This document shows positions 27,159 through 39,849 of a stretch of DNA of 64,000 nt, in pieces. The notes below the pieces were generated by a model, which was not told where the DNA came from, made no database searches, and saw nothing but the letters and a program-made list of their open reading frames with translations. The stretch comes from Octopus vulgaris (Eukaryota), in contig OX597823.1 of NCBI GenBank assembly GCA_951406725.2, forward strand, positions 51,522,001 through 51,586,000, written 5' to 3'. Position numbers and translations under genes: made by a program. Each line of letters opens with the position of its first letter. Position 1 is the stretch's first letter.

Positions 27159-28625
27159 TATTGCAACGTCTGCGCCTATGAGCCACCTCGGCACCTATGA
27201 ACCACATCTATATCTGTGACCTACGCCTGTGCCTGAATGTCTGCCTCGCCTAAATATCATGCCTACGCCTAGATGTCTGCTTCGATTATTTACTATACTA
27301 TAATTCGCAACATGCTAAAATATTGGATACAAAATCTCTACACTATCCCTTCATACAACCATTCTTCTAGTCTGAAATCTATCCACACTAGAAATATTTC
27401 TTGTGCCGCCACTTTTCTTAATTCTAAACAACGCATTTACTACAGTATACAAGGAGGCAGCAAGAAGTATTCTCAAATATTATAAATGTTACAACATAAA
27501 TTTTCAATATGTAGAAAGATATATATATTAAATGTATATATTCTGTTTACAATCTTTACTCATAAATTCGAAACATTCAAATGCGCCTGAATTTATCTGA
27601 ATGCAGAAGAGATTGTCTCCCCTACCAAAGCTGACCACATTAACATAAATGTTTTAATTATATTTGTACAGAGATTTTAGTAGGCGTTTCGATCAAAACT
27701 GTTGAATCTCTATATATTATATTTATCAAACACATATACGCACACACACGCGCACAGACAAAAACACACACATATTAATACGCCCGCGTACAAACATTCA
27801 TGATTGTGTAAATCCTATATCTATATTCCCGATTAGTATATACTCATAAGTAATTCGAACCAATGCTGCCTCCGTCGCTAACGATGAAATATATATATAT
27901 ATATAATTTAGCCAAATCTTGATATTAGGTCTCTGTAACATAATGCAATAAAGTGTTCCCTGATAATCCGCTCTAGTTAAGCAACCATTACGAACTCAAA
28001 TGAGTATGAATGTGTATGTATGTATTATAACGTTCGATTAGTTACTCTAAATAATTGTGAAACACCCACCATATATAAAATTATGCATGAATGCTTAAAA
28101 CATTGTCAATACATAAATATACCTATCAATCTCTACACGTGAATACTTGTATATATATATATATATATATATATACAATATATACATATATGTATATCAG
28201 ATGTACATATAATTTACTTATACATATATAACAGAGAAGGATTACAGGTCTTTATTGTGCCATTGGTTCATGTGACCGGTTTCATGAATTCTGTGGGGTA
28301 TATATGTTCTTCTCTTGGACAGGTTTTATGGTCCAGAGCAGAACACATCACCCGGTCCACGTATCGAAAACACAATCTTATAACAACGATGCCCTTAGCC
28401 ACTAAGTCCGCTGTTTCCACATATATATTTATGTATATGTGTGTGTCTGTGTGTTTCTGCATACTCACATACTCACATACACACATTCACCTGTATAAAA
28501 GCGAGTATGTTTCTAATTAAATATACAGACATTGTCAACACACAGGTGTGACTGCATATATGTAAGTTATATTTCCTTGTTTATATCTACTGTTACCTAT
28601 GAGCAACTCTATGAGTGTCCCCTTT

Positions 28626-28681
<56 letters not shown>

Positions 28682-28684
28682 ATG

Positions 28685-28743
<59 letters not shown>

Positions 28744-28745
<2 letters not shown>

Positions 28746-28952
28746 CGGGAAGCTTTATGAAAATAGACAAAAGACGAAGGCAGGTTTACGGAAATAAACA
28801 AAAGACGAAGGCAGGTGGAATACAAACAATCAATTGTATTAGTATGGCGCTCAGGAAATATAAATAAAACAAGTCTTTAACGTTTCGAGCCTACGCTCTT
28901 CAACAGAAAGATACACAGAGAAAAAAAACACAGAAAGAAGGAGAGAAAAAAA
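28744..28952 (-). mobile_element. Short PLE-derived element in (TA)n with variant minimal hammerhead
   Basis: Homologous to 45881-46012 (ACAAAAG.CGAAG.CAGGTGG..TACAAA..TATTAG.AT..CGCTCAGGAA..TTTCGAGCCTACGCTCTTC.ACAGAAAG). Flanked by TA repeats. Confidence 0.75.
28874..28911 (-). ncRNA. Minimal type I hammerhead-like motif with A6U core variant
   Basis: Reverse strand UCUUU-CUGUUGA-A-GAGC GUAG GCUC-GAA-ACGU-U-AAAGA. All stems intact; core position 6 is U. Confidence 0.7.
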
Positions 28953-29000
28953 TATATGTATACATATATATGTATGTATGTATGTGTATATATCTCTCTT

Positions 29001-29409
29001 TCTCTTTTCTTTCTTTTACTTGTTTCAGTCATTTGACTGCGGCCATGCTGGGGCACGGCCTTTAGTCGAGCAACTCGACCCCGGGACTTATTCTTTTGTA
29101 AGCCCAGTACTTATTCTATCAATCTCTTTTGCCGAACTGCTAAGTAACGGGGACATAAACACACCAGCATCGGTTGTCAAGCAATGCTAGGGGGACAAAC
29201 ACAGACACACAAACACACACACGCATATATATATATATACATATATATACATATATACGACGGGCTTCTTTCAGTTTCCGTCTATCAAATCCACTCACAA
29301 GACTTTCGTCGGCCTATAGTAGAAGACACTTGCCCAAGGTGCCACGCAGTGGGACTGAACCTGGAACCATGTGGTTGGTAAACAAGCTACTTACCACACA
29401 GCCACTCCT
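29001..29409 (-). mobile_element. SINE family A, full length
   Basis: Reverse complement of the family A consensus. Confidence 0.95.
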
Positions 29410-29412
29410 ATA

Positions 29413-29463
<51 letters not shown>

Positions 29464-30265
29464 GTATATATATATATGTATATATATATGTATATATATA
29501 TATATACATATTTGTATATATATATATATATATATATATACATTTGGATATATCTATCTATCTATCTAACTATATATATATAATTAAATATTATAAATAT
29601 ATATATATTTATACATATAAATATATGAATATAAATATATATATACATATATATATGTATGTATTAATGTATGCATATGTACATATGCAGATATTGAGGA
29701 TTCTTATACATACACATACACACGCACACACACACACATACTTAGATCTGTGTGTGTGCTTACATACATGTGCACGAGTGTGTGTGTGTGCGCGTGTGTA
29801 TTTTATTATACGTACCTATATGCACGTATGCGCAAAAACGTGCGTGTTTTTGTATATATGCTTGAGTATTTATAGAATATGTTATGCACACGTGAATGTG
29901 TACATGATGAAAACGTAGGGAGAAAAAACAATTAGCTTTTCCTTTTATGTTTTCTTTTATACATTTCTGAAGATGAAAGAGCCGTTCATTTTGTCGGCCT
30001 TCCTTTTAAATAAGGTTTCATCTCAGCACAAATCCTATTAAACTCGGACATTGTTAGACGTTAGTCTGGTGTTCTTTTCAACATACGGAATTAACTTGGA
30101 ATTGGTTAATTATTTTCCTTTCAATAAAGTAGCAGCATAGCGAAGGTGGACGTTGCACGTTTTCATATGGACCCCATGCTCACATATATGCATATGCATT
30201 TAAACACGTAAAAAGGATACATACATTACTTGCTCCCCTACATAAATATATGTGTGTGTGTGTGC

Positions 30266-30299
<34 letters not shown>

Positions 30300-30387
30300 T
30301 TGTGTATACGCACACTCACACACACACACATATATATATACGTACATATATGTATATATATATATATATATTATATATATTATATAT

Positions 30388-30431
<44 letters not shown>

Positions 30432-30547
30432 TATATGTATATATATACGCACACTCACACAAATATATACGTACATATATGTGTGTATGCATATATTTAT
30501 ATATATATGTATATATATATGTATATATGTATATATATATATGTATG

Positions 30548-30578
<31 letters not shown>

Positions 30579-31344
30579 ACATACATGCGTGTATATGCAT
30601 AATACACATATAGTTATCAGTCATACATATCAACAAGAAAACCATGAAATTATTTATGTTAAACGCATGCATGTAACCATGCAAGTGTCTATTCATTGAT
30701 CAAGGTACCTCGCATCTATCACAATTGCACACAGGCACACATTTATCAGAAAACATTAATCACTTACTGTAAGTTTATAAAAGCACTATACATACAATCT
30801 GTGCAACTATCGCCTCCACACTCACACACACACACACACACATATGTACGTGCATAGAGTTTCGTAATTGGAATACAAAAACTGCAATGGATTTTAGAAG
30901 CTTGTTGAAAGTTTAAATGCAATTATGAAAAAAAAAACATTTGTCACTAACAAATCTACGTTTGTCACAAGCATTATTCCTTCCTCAACCACTCCCATCA
31001 ATCGCACAATAAAGAACCATCCCACTTTCATCATCATCATCGTCGTCGTCGTTGTCGTTCATGGTGTCATCAATATTGACACCGGCAGCATCGTCGTCGT
31101 GACCATCCTCATCAGTAAGTATTTCCATAGTCGTGATGGTGAGGAGGAATTCTTTGGGGGTTTGAATAATTCACCTCTGGAAACATGGATGTTTTGATCA
31201 TCGTCCTTAAACAAATCTTATTCAGTGATCTTTTGAGCAAGAGTGACTACTCGACCTGAAGAAAATTCTAACTGGGTCCTACCTGCAAGGTCATGTGCTG
31301 TTTATCTTGATATAAGATTACCATGTCAAGTGATATAAGATCAC

Positions 31345-31500
31345 CTGAAAAAATCATCTAGAAACTTTAGAAATACCCTACAATCTAGGTGTATTGCAAA
31401 AATCGGCATTACCCGGAACTTCAGGCATATTGTAAAGTACTGTCTGTCTGAGATCCTTGTTGTGACTTGACAGAGTGTACAAGCCCCCGGTTGATACAAC
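31345..31500 (+). mobile_element. R4/Dong-type non-LTR retrotransposon extreme 3' end
   Basis: Translates HLETLEIPYNLGVLQKSALPGTSGIL/KVLSV*, the QKSALLGT..ILRKVL C-terminal motif of RLE elements. Confidence 0.7.
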
Positions 31501-31627
31501 ATCTTCAGTTATCATCATCATGATATTGGAGACTGTGACGTCTTAAATAATAACAATGATTATAATGGTTTCAAAATATAATGGGGAGGGGTTAAGTCGA
31601 TTACACTGACGCCTGTGTTTCGCTGGC

Positions 31628-32259
31628 ATTTCAAAAGTGTTACACGAAAGCTACCAGTATGTTGCGGAAAAATATCCTCGTTTCAAACACATATTTCCTC
31701 AGCCGCCTATTGTGGCCTTTCGACGGAATAAAAATATAAGAGAACTATTAACCTCTACTTCTGACTCAGAGAAAATAACATTGGAGTTTTTGCACATTGT
31801 ACCTTGAAAAACAGCTGCAAGAGAAGTAAACCCTGTTCATTTTGCAGCAACATGAGTTAAGTCAATTCCATCAGGAATAGTAACAGAAATGTTACGTTTT
31901 ACATAGAAGGTGGAACGTGTTGAGTTTCTCATTTGGCATATGCAGCAGACTGCTCCAAACACAACTTGATTTATGTTGGCTGTACAACAGTACAATTAAA
32001 TAAAAGATTTATTGATTGCAGCAGATATGACATCTGTCACAATAACAGCAGTTCGACAGAACTTGCTGTATATTGTACATAAAACGGCTGCAATTTTGAA
32101 AAAGACTTGTAAGTACATATTCTCAGAAAATATCCTGAATCTGTTACACCTTCATCCTCAAAACAGATGAGGAGAAATATGTTTGAGTTATTAACATCAC
32201 ACCTTGAAGGGATAAATAAAGTGACAGGGGAATTTCATCATATTTACAGTTTTGTGTAA
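31628..32259 (+). pseudogene. Penelope-like element ORF remnant: RT thumb end, Cys-rich linker and GIY-YIG endonuclease
   Basis: Frame 1: KHIFPQPPIVAFRRNKNIRELL. After a frameshift: HCTLKNSCKRSKPCSFC..GGTC*VSHLAYAADCSKHNLIYVGCTTVQLNKRF..TELAV..LLTSHLEGIN. These match the PLE motifs FP.PP.VA.RR.KNL...L, C..Y...C......YVG.T...L..R and L.T..P.GLN. Several stop codons. Confidence 0.85.
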
Positions 32260-32572
32260 ATATGAAGAATATTTGATTAAATTTTCTTCATTTTCCTTTT
32301 CTTTTTTCTTTCTTTTCTTTTTTGTTTTTTAGGTTTCTTTTTCTTTCTGCCAGTTGTAAACTTGAAAATTAAAGACTGATGATCTCATTCCATCAACGTG
32401 GGAACGCTGTTTACCTCGTTCAAATTCTGAATTTGAATTTCAATAATTTCTATGTATTTTTGAATTTCTATGTATCACTTTTATTTTGAATTCGACAAAA
32501 GCAGGCAGGCTGTTGAAATATCGTTCAACCAATAAAATATGTATTGCAATCGCATCGCGCTCTTCATATCGT

Positions 32573-32574
<2 letters not shown>

Positions 32575-32632
<58 letters not shown>

Positions 32633-32642
32633 GAAGTAGTAA

Positions 32643-32706
<64 letters not shown>
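32575..32706. repeat. (AAT)n(AGT)n compound trinucleotide microsatellite
   Basis: Seen directly. Confidence 0.97.
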
Positions 32707-32707
<1 letters not shown>

Positions 32708-32744
32708 AGTCTGGTTGAGACTGCAAATGTGCAGCAAGTATATA

Positions 32745-32890
32745 GTGATGGAATTCAAATTCCGCGGAGGTCGACTTTGTCATTCTTTCGGGGCAGATAG
32801 ATTAAGTACCAATTGAATACTAGGGTCGATGTAATCGACTTACTCCTCCCCTGAAATTGCTGGCCTTGTGCCAAAATTTGAATCCAATAA
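32745..32890 (+). mobile_element. SINE family B fragment with CCTTGTGCCAAAATTTGAA-type tail
   Basis: TTCAAATTCCGCGGAGGTCGACTTTG..AAGTACCA..GGGTCGATGTAATCGACT. Confidence 0.85.
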
Positions 32891-35536
32891 GTTAGCTAAT
32901 GTTCGCAGGAATATCATAAGGGGTAACATGTTGACTGACATGGACATCCGACAAATATTCAAATATATATTCGAGCAAATAGCGATACAAATAAGAATAC
33001 AAATATTGCAAAACGTCCCGCGATTGTAGAAGTGGAAACTTGTAAAAGAATACTCAAACCGAAGTGTTCGAGCAAATAATCGCTGATTACGAACAAAAAG
33101 GGCATAAACGTCGCTTTTATGGGAGTATAGACGACTTTTAATCAATAAAATGATACTAGAGGATACTAAAATGATAGAAAAGTCTTGTATATAAAACTTA
33201 TATATCTATAGAAACTATTTTCTACGACAATGTTATGCACAGGGGGATTTTGAGTGTTTTGATTCGCACAAATTTTAAAAATCTTATAGCCACGTACCCT
33301 GCCCATATCTTTTCTTGTAGTTATTCTCACTGTGATTCATATTTTGATATACCTCGTTAGTAACACTCCATCACTCGTTCATGGCTAGAGCTGCAGTCCT
33401 TTTAAATTCCTTCTCTGCCCACGAGTTTCCCATAGGCGTCGACGAAGAAAAATTCCAACAAAATATCAAACTGCATCAAAAAGCCGGACTATGAGACTTT
33501 GCGACCCCCCCACACACACACAGAGAAAAATAATCCTTACTATTGTAAGATAACTTCACAGTTGATTGAAAGCTTTTGCAATGTTTACTCTCAAATTTTT
33601 GTGCGTGTTTTTGTGTGATGTTCGCTTATTAATCCTCTAAGTTAGATATAAAATAGAAAACAATAAAAGAGAAAATTTACCAGAATTGCTGTTCAAACTA
33701 ATAAAGAGCCCTAATCGTTTGGTGACGCAACATTGCTAATACTTTCAACTCTTTCTTATGTTCTCATCGTTTACCACAGTCTTAAAGAATGTATCAATAT
33801 TGTTTAAGCAATAACACAATATAATCACATTCTTCAAACTACAACTGAAGCAGGTTTGCTAATCTAACCTAGGTTTTATGGCTCTAACAAAAATAAGTAT
33901 GATAGCCGATGGCTTTGCGTATGGCTTTCAGATGTTTTAAATGAAAGTCTTTTTTTCATATCAAAGGGGAAGAAACATATTATATATATTTTAGAAACTA
34001 TATGCATTAAGAACAATATCATCCATAACGATTGCAAAACATAAAACACATTTTATGAATCTTACACTAGATATCATGTTTTATATAATACTGGAGCGTA
34101 CAGTCAAATGTAATATCGGTATAACACAAGACAATTCATATTATGCTCAATAATACAAGCTAGAAATAATATATGCGAAACTATATTACATCTGTGCAAA
34201 ACATAAATGTATTGACCTACATTCAGCTGTTTATTGTTTATTATTTATATTCTCTATGTAATGTCCTTTTGTTAATATTTGCAAAAGAAAAAATATATGA
34301 TATAGAACAGAAAAATAAATTATTGTGTTTTTGTCATATTTCCCGGCTGTTTGGGGGATATTACACACTTAGAACCCCAACCAAGACCATGATAAAAATC
34401 CGGATTACTGTTACAATTCATACGATATTTTTCATGAGTCACAGACGAAGTGCTTCCAATAAAGAAGATTCTGACTGAACTCAGTCAGAATCTTTATAAA
34501 CAAACTATGTTGTTAATGATTGGTTAATGACTAATCTAAGAAATTGATTTGGGATGAGTTTTCTTCAGTTTTCTACGAAAGATGCAATATTAGTTGTAAA
34601 CGTGGGTACTGAACGCATCTTACAAAATATTGATTTGAAAACAGTATATTTTAATGATTTTAACTGACCCAAGGCTTCTTTACTGATGAGCGCGTACAAT
34701 GTAATTTGTAACTCAGTGCTCTTTCTTATTGGTTCCTAGTTTCCAATTTAAGGCATCTTTTGATGTAAAGAAAATTATTTCAAGAGCAAGTGGAGATCTT
34801 CTAAATGTCAATGTATATAGTCGTTCCAAGGCAAAAGTCAAGAGCATGACATTTTTATAGATCAGATACAAGATAGAAGTATTTCATAGAATTGTTCCCA
34901 CCTACTTGATTCTACGAGCAAAAACACAATTTCAATTGCATCATCCTGTATAAAGAGAAGAGTCGCCCTTATAAGATCATATTTCTCTTGCAATGATAAC
35001 ATTATTCTTTCAGTTAAGAATTAAATAAGTTTCATAGTAAAACAACAATTCAGATTGGATATCATGGATGAAAGGGTGAATCAGAAAAGGAGCCATTATT
35101 TTCATTTTGCATGAACAGGTTTCTTTGGTCCTTAATGAATTTAATGCCACAAGTAAAATATGCTATCAATATAAGAAACTTCTGAACATAGTTTACGTAT
35201 AGTCTGAAAAGTGTTCGATCAAATCTTGTTTTGTAAGGTTGCGATTGTTGCTATAATATTAATTAATACTGATCTGATGTCGAAGTATTTGAATAACTAA
35301 TGTTTTTATTACATTGTATCGTATCCATATGTTACAAAATATCCAATTTCTGTTGTTATTTTCTGCTTTTGAAGCCACACTACTTTGTTTATAATTGCTA
35401 GAAACTTTACACTCTTTGAATTATAATGTTATTCCTAAATAACCCAATAACTTAGCGAGTCTCACTGAACGTATTGTCTAGATTTTGTCCGAAACTTTGT
35501 GTTCTTGGTTTTCATTAAATACGCTCTCAAATAAAT

Positions 35537-35840
35537 CAATGGCTTTCAACAATTTCTGCTTATGGCCCCTTTGATTCCTGTTTTTCTCTACTGGACCCCC
35601 GTAGCCATTCAATGTTTAAAAACATCCTATTATATTTTATAATTAAATATTATTAAGAATTCTATAAAATATTATTAGGAGTTCTAATTTGTCTAAAATT
35701 TTGTTATTATAGAGTATGTTGTAGTGCACCTGAGCACTGTACACATTATTTTATTATTATTATTATTATTATTATAACCAATTCATTGCACATATACTTT
35801 AACAACAAAATCTTAAGTGAACCCCGGTTGAGAACCATTA
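35537..35840 (-). mobile_element. hAT MITE (same family as 8393 and 22400) with a nested retroposon 3' tail at about 35678-35775
   Basis: TIR-like CAATGGCTTTCAAC / GTTGAGAACCATTA and internal antisense homology to the other copies. The insert ends in GTAGTGCACCTGAGCACTGTAC..(ATT)n. Confidence 0.75.
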
Positions 35841-36091
35841 ACGTAAATTATTGCCCTCGACCACACTTGCACCGCTTTATATATATATTAGTGTAGAGAT
35901 TATTAAATAAATAGATTTGTAAATTCTCGTGAGATACTATAACTGAGACTGGAAAATTAACAACGTTTAAGAATATTTATGTTGATTTATAATCATTCCT
36001 TACATCCCAGAATGTTACCTAATATTTTGTGCGATTTACAATATTCAAAAACACTTGCGCATAATTTTTTTGTCGAAGAAGTGGTTACAAT

Positions 36092-36475
36092 AGTGCCAGG
36101 CGTGGCTGTGTAGAAAGAATTTTGCTTCCAATCACAGGATTCTGGGTTTAACCCCACTGCATGCCATCTAGGGCGTGTGTTTTCTATTATAGCCCCAGGC
36201 GGAAATTGAAAGACGCCCGTCGTATGTGTGTGTGTGTGTTCGTGTATGTGCGTATGTGTGCATAGGTTTGTGTTGTGCTTGTGGATGTTTCTATGCTTTT
36301 GTGTTTGTGCTTAGCCCCCGCCATCACTTGACAACAGGTGTTGGTTAGTTTACGTCCTCGTAACTTAGCTGTTCGGCTAATTTCGATTTGTTTCACCAAG
36401 CCTTTGAAGCCGATGCCCCAGCATGGTCGAAGTCCAATGACTTAGACTATTAAAAGAAAACATAAAGTAAAAAGT
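36092..36475 (+). mobile_element. SINE family A, diverged
   Basis: GTGGCTGTGTAGAAAG..GGAAATTGAAAGACGCCCGTCGT..CACTTGACAAC..CCCAGCATGGTCG. Confidence 0.85.
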
Positions 36476-36982
36476 AATTTAAATCAAATAATTAAAGAAT
36501 TTTTTTTCCATAAATGCTTCAACTGAAGTATTACTATAGCTTTCAGATATTTAGAAAGCAAAGTTTCGATTTGTCTGGAAGGTTAAGTCGATAATATCGA
36601 CCTTAATACGTAAAACTAGTCTATTTTATATAAATAGAATTCGTGATTCATAGTTCTGCACTTCTCGTTAGGACATTAGGCTTAATCATCGTAGGAATGT
36701 AACCATTGATTAAGATGGGATAGCATATCTTCCTGATGAGGACTCTGAAACACATCTGCGATACAAACAGCAGTCGATTCTTACTTTAATTTTCCGTGAT
36801 GCTGAGTTGTTTTAATGGCAAATCCTACCAGAGACACAAATATCTGATCTGCTTCATTTACACTCAGAAGAACCCGTGCTGCGTATCCACCATATCGTCA
36901 GCCTAGTCTCAGTAAGTATATCTATACTGATGTTGAATATTTTGTCTCCAGATCCACGAATGCAGACATCTTCCTTATCAAT

Positions 36983-37146
36983 AGGCGCAGGAGTGGCTGT
37001 GTGGTAAGTAGCTTGCTTACCAACCAAATGGTTCCGGGTTCAGTCCCACTGCGTGGCACTTTGGGCAAGTGTCTTCTACTATAGCCTCGGGCCGACCAAT
37101 GCCTTTTGAGTGGATTTGGTAGATGGAAACTGATAGAAGCCCGTCG

Positions 37147-37177
<31 letters not shown>

Positions 37178-37398
37178 TTGTGTCTCTGTGTTTGCCCCCC
37201 ACCCAACATCGCTTGACAACCGATGCTGGTGTGTTTACGTCCCCGTCACTTAGCGGTTCGGCAAAAGAGGCCGATAGAATAAGTACTAGGCTTACAAAGA
37301 ATAAGTCCCGGGGTCGATTTGTTCGACTAGAGGTGGTGCTCCAGCATGGCCGCAGTCAAATAACTGAAACAAATAAAAGAATAACAGAATAAAAGAAT
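36983..37398 (+). mobile_element. SINE family A, full-length reference copy
   Basis: A-box TGGCTGTGTGG, B-box-like GGTTCAGTCCC, body CTTTGGGCAAGTGTCTT, internal (TA)(TG)n, 3' GTCGA-N5-TCGAC hairpin and (AATAAAAG)-type tail. Confidence 0.95.
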
Positions 37399-38162
37399 AA
37401 TGCATCTAACAATCTCTCATCCTCATAACTCGTCCAATACACCTCTGTGTCATCGAGAGTTCTTTAATATTACATGTCTTATTTAAAATTAAATGTTGTA
37501 AGCCTTCGTACACTGGTGTACACTGTCGTCTATTAGTGTGTACTGTTTGATACTGCTGCTCACTATTGAAAGCTAAGGTTCTTTGCCAGTCTTGTTGTTA
37601 ATTTTGGCTGTTTTTTTTTTCGTAGTCCTTTTACCTTCCGCGTCCCTATCCCGCTAATGTTCATTCTGTGTTCAATCTCTACAGAGTCTATATAATAAAT
37701 ACCTGTAATTTAGTGTTATGTTTCAGTCGACTGATCTTTTTCCGTACAAATTTGTTAGCGTCTGCCAAAGTAGAACTAATTTTCTCGCAAACTACAGTTC
37801 ACTATTTTTAACATATCTGCATCAACGTTATCACTACGTTGTAAATGGCATCATAAAATTAATTTCTTGCATAATCACAATAAAACAAAGCTAGAATCAC
37901 AAAGTAATACGAATACACAACTTTTATCACAAAACTCCCCGTGTCCAAAATCGATAAGCTAGTTTCTGTTTATTTGAGAAAATATTTATTTCTCGAAGCT
38001 GGTTTTTTGAATCGATATTTCAATCATTATTTTGGCGAGAAGCAGAATGGACATTAGAATAGCCTGACTACATTTAACTATTTAAAATGTACATATTTCT
38101 CAAAATCATGAATCGGTGTCATAATGCAAGGGGAAAAAAGAATAGAGATATAGGTATGGCCG

Positions 38163-38272
38163 ACATTGTGAGAATAAAAAGTTCTCGACATTTAAGAGTT
38201 CATAAATATGGTTAGAATATGAGGTTATAAATATTTAATGTAATTATTAAACCTAATGTATTCTCACAATGT
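38163..38272. repeat. Short MITE-like element with perfect 14-bp inverted repeat
   Basis: ACATTGTGAGAATA (38163-38176) / TATTCTCACAATGT (38259-38272). Confidence 0.55.
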
Positions 38273-38462
38273 GAGCGATATTAAAATATATTTATTTGTA
38301 TCCATTCTAATATAGACTGTATGCTAACATAGGTACTAACACAGAAATGGTTCATCGTGTGTATCGTAACATAAACATAATATTCTTCGTAACACTTAAT
38401 AAGTTACTAAGGCGTGATATTCTGCTGTGAGTAGAGAAAAAAAAGCCATAATGTTTCAAACT

Positions 38463-38836
38463 AGGCGCAGGAGTGACTGTGTGATAAGTATCTTGCTTAC
38501 CAAACACATGGTTCCGGGGTCAGTCCTCCTCGAGCCGACCAAAGCCTTGTGAGTGGATTTGGTAGAAGGAAACTGAAAGAAGACGGAAACTGTAGGAAGC
38601 CCGTCGTATATATATATATATATATATATATTTTGTGTGTCTGTGTTTGTCCCCCCAACATCGCTTGACAACCGATGCTGGTGTGTTTACGTCCCCGTCA
38701 GTTAGCGGTTCGGCAAGACAGACCGATAGAATAAGTACTAGGTTTACAAAAAATAAGTCTTGGAGACGATTTGCTCGACTAAAGGCGGTGCTCCAGCATA
38801 GCCGCAGTCAAATGACTGAAACAAATAAAAGAAAAT
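38463..38836 (+). mobile_element. SINE family A with small internal deletion and duplication
   Basis: Matches 36983-37398. Lacks the CACTGCGTGGCACTTTGGGCAAGT segment; the GGAAACTG..GAAG motif is duplicated. Confidence 0.93.
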
Positions 38837-39664
38837 AAATAATATGGTCATACAACAGAACTATTGTAATTTTGCGTTTCCTTTTATTCTTGTCAAACCT
38901 TGTTATTTACCTTTCGTTCGTGTGGCATTGATAAATTAAGTTTGTGAATTAATATTTTCCCCAATAAACGTGTTTTAAATTTGTAGTTGAGTCTATTTCT
39001 TATATATACCAACTTCCATAGATTTTACATTCTCATAAAATATATGTAGGGCTTCGTCAAAATAAGTATTTCGTTGCCCTCAAGGCGATATGAATGGTTC
39101 TATAGCATTCGATTAGATGCACAGCTTTAATTAATTATATTTTATTACATAAATATTTCCAATACGAATGGATTTAACTGTTCCTTCCAAAAGTACACTG
39201 TCTTGATTTAATCTTGATTTAAAGAACTTCTACTGCGTTTCTCTTTTAAAAAATACATACATTTTCCTTTCGCCTATAGTTTCAGTCTTATAAAAAGATG
39301 ATTACAAAAATGAATTATTTTTTATTCAATTAATATTGTAACATTTGTTTTATCTTTGTTTAATTGTTAATTGTTTTATCATCAATCCATCTCTCAGCTT
39401 ATTCAACAAGAAAAACAAATAAATATTTTTGAATCAGCCGCCTGTTGTGTTCTTTATGTATTTACATTTACTGGGTAACAATATCGAAAAATTCCAATAA
39501 AGTTACACTGAAAAAGACTTTAATTATAACGCTATCCTTCTTAAACATTTAATATCCGGAAGGCTTTCTAAATGAGCTTTACATCAGACAGTCTTAGATA
39601 AGACTGCATATATTCACACTTTTGTGTCACTCTTGAAGAAATAACTGAATTCAGAGTGTTGTAA

Positions 39665-39702
<38 letters not shown>

Positions 39703-39849
39703 TTCCAAGTAATCTTTTCTGTGAGAATGAATTACAAAAGCAAAAGATTTCTGATCTCAACTAGTTTTCACCAAAAGTTTAAGTTTAAAATTCCGTTTAC
39801 TCAGCTGGAAATCTTGCTCTTCGACAAAGGGAATATTATGGTACCTCTC

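Noticed and set aside
31664-31705. Minus-strand GCGG-CUGAGGA..GAAA..CCGC
   Set aside because: Stems II and III do not form, and it lies inside the PLE coding remnant. Chance match.
36725-36765. CTGATGAGGACTCTGAAACACATC hammerhead-like core
   Set aside because: Stem II has only 2 weak pairs, there is no stem III or palindrome, and stem I is mismatched next to the core.
36983-37060. tRNA-like A/B box sequences at SINE heads
   Set aside because: No cloverleaf or acceptor stem. They continue into SINE bodies, so they are not tRNA genes.
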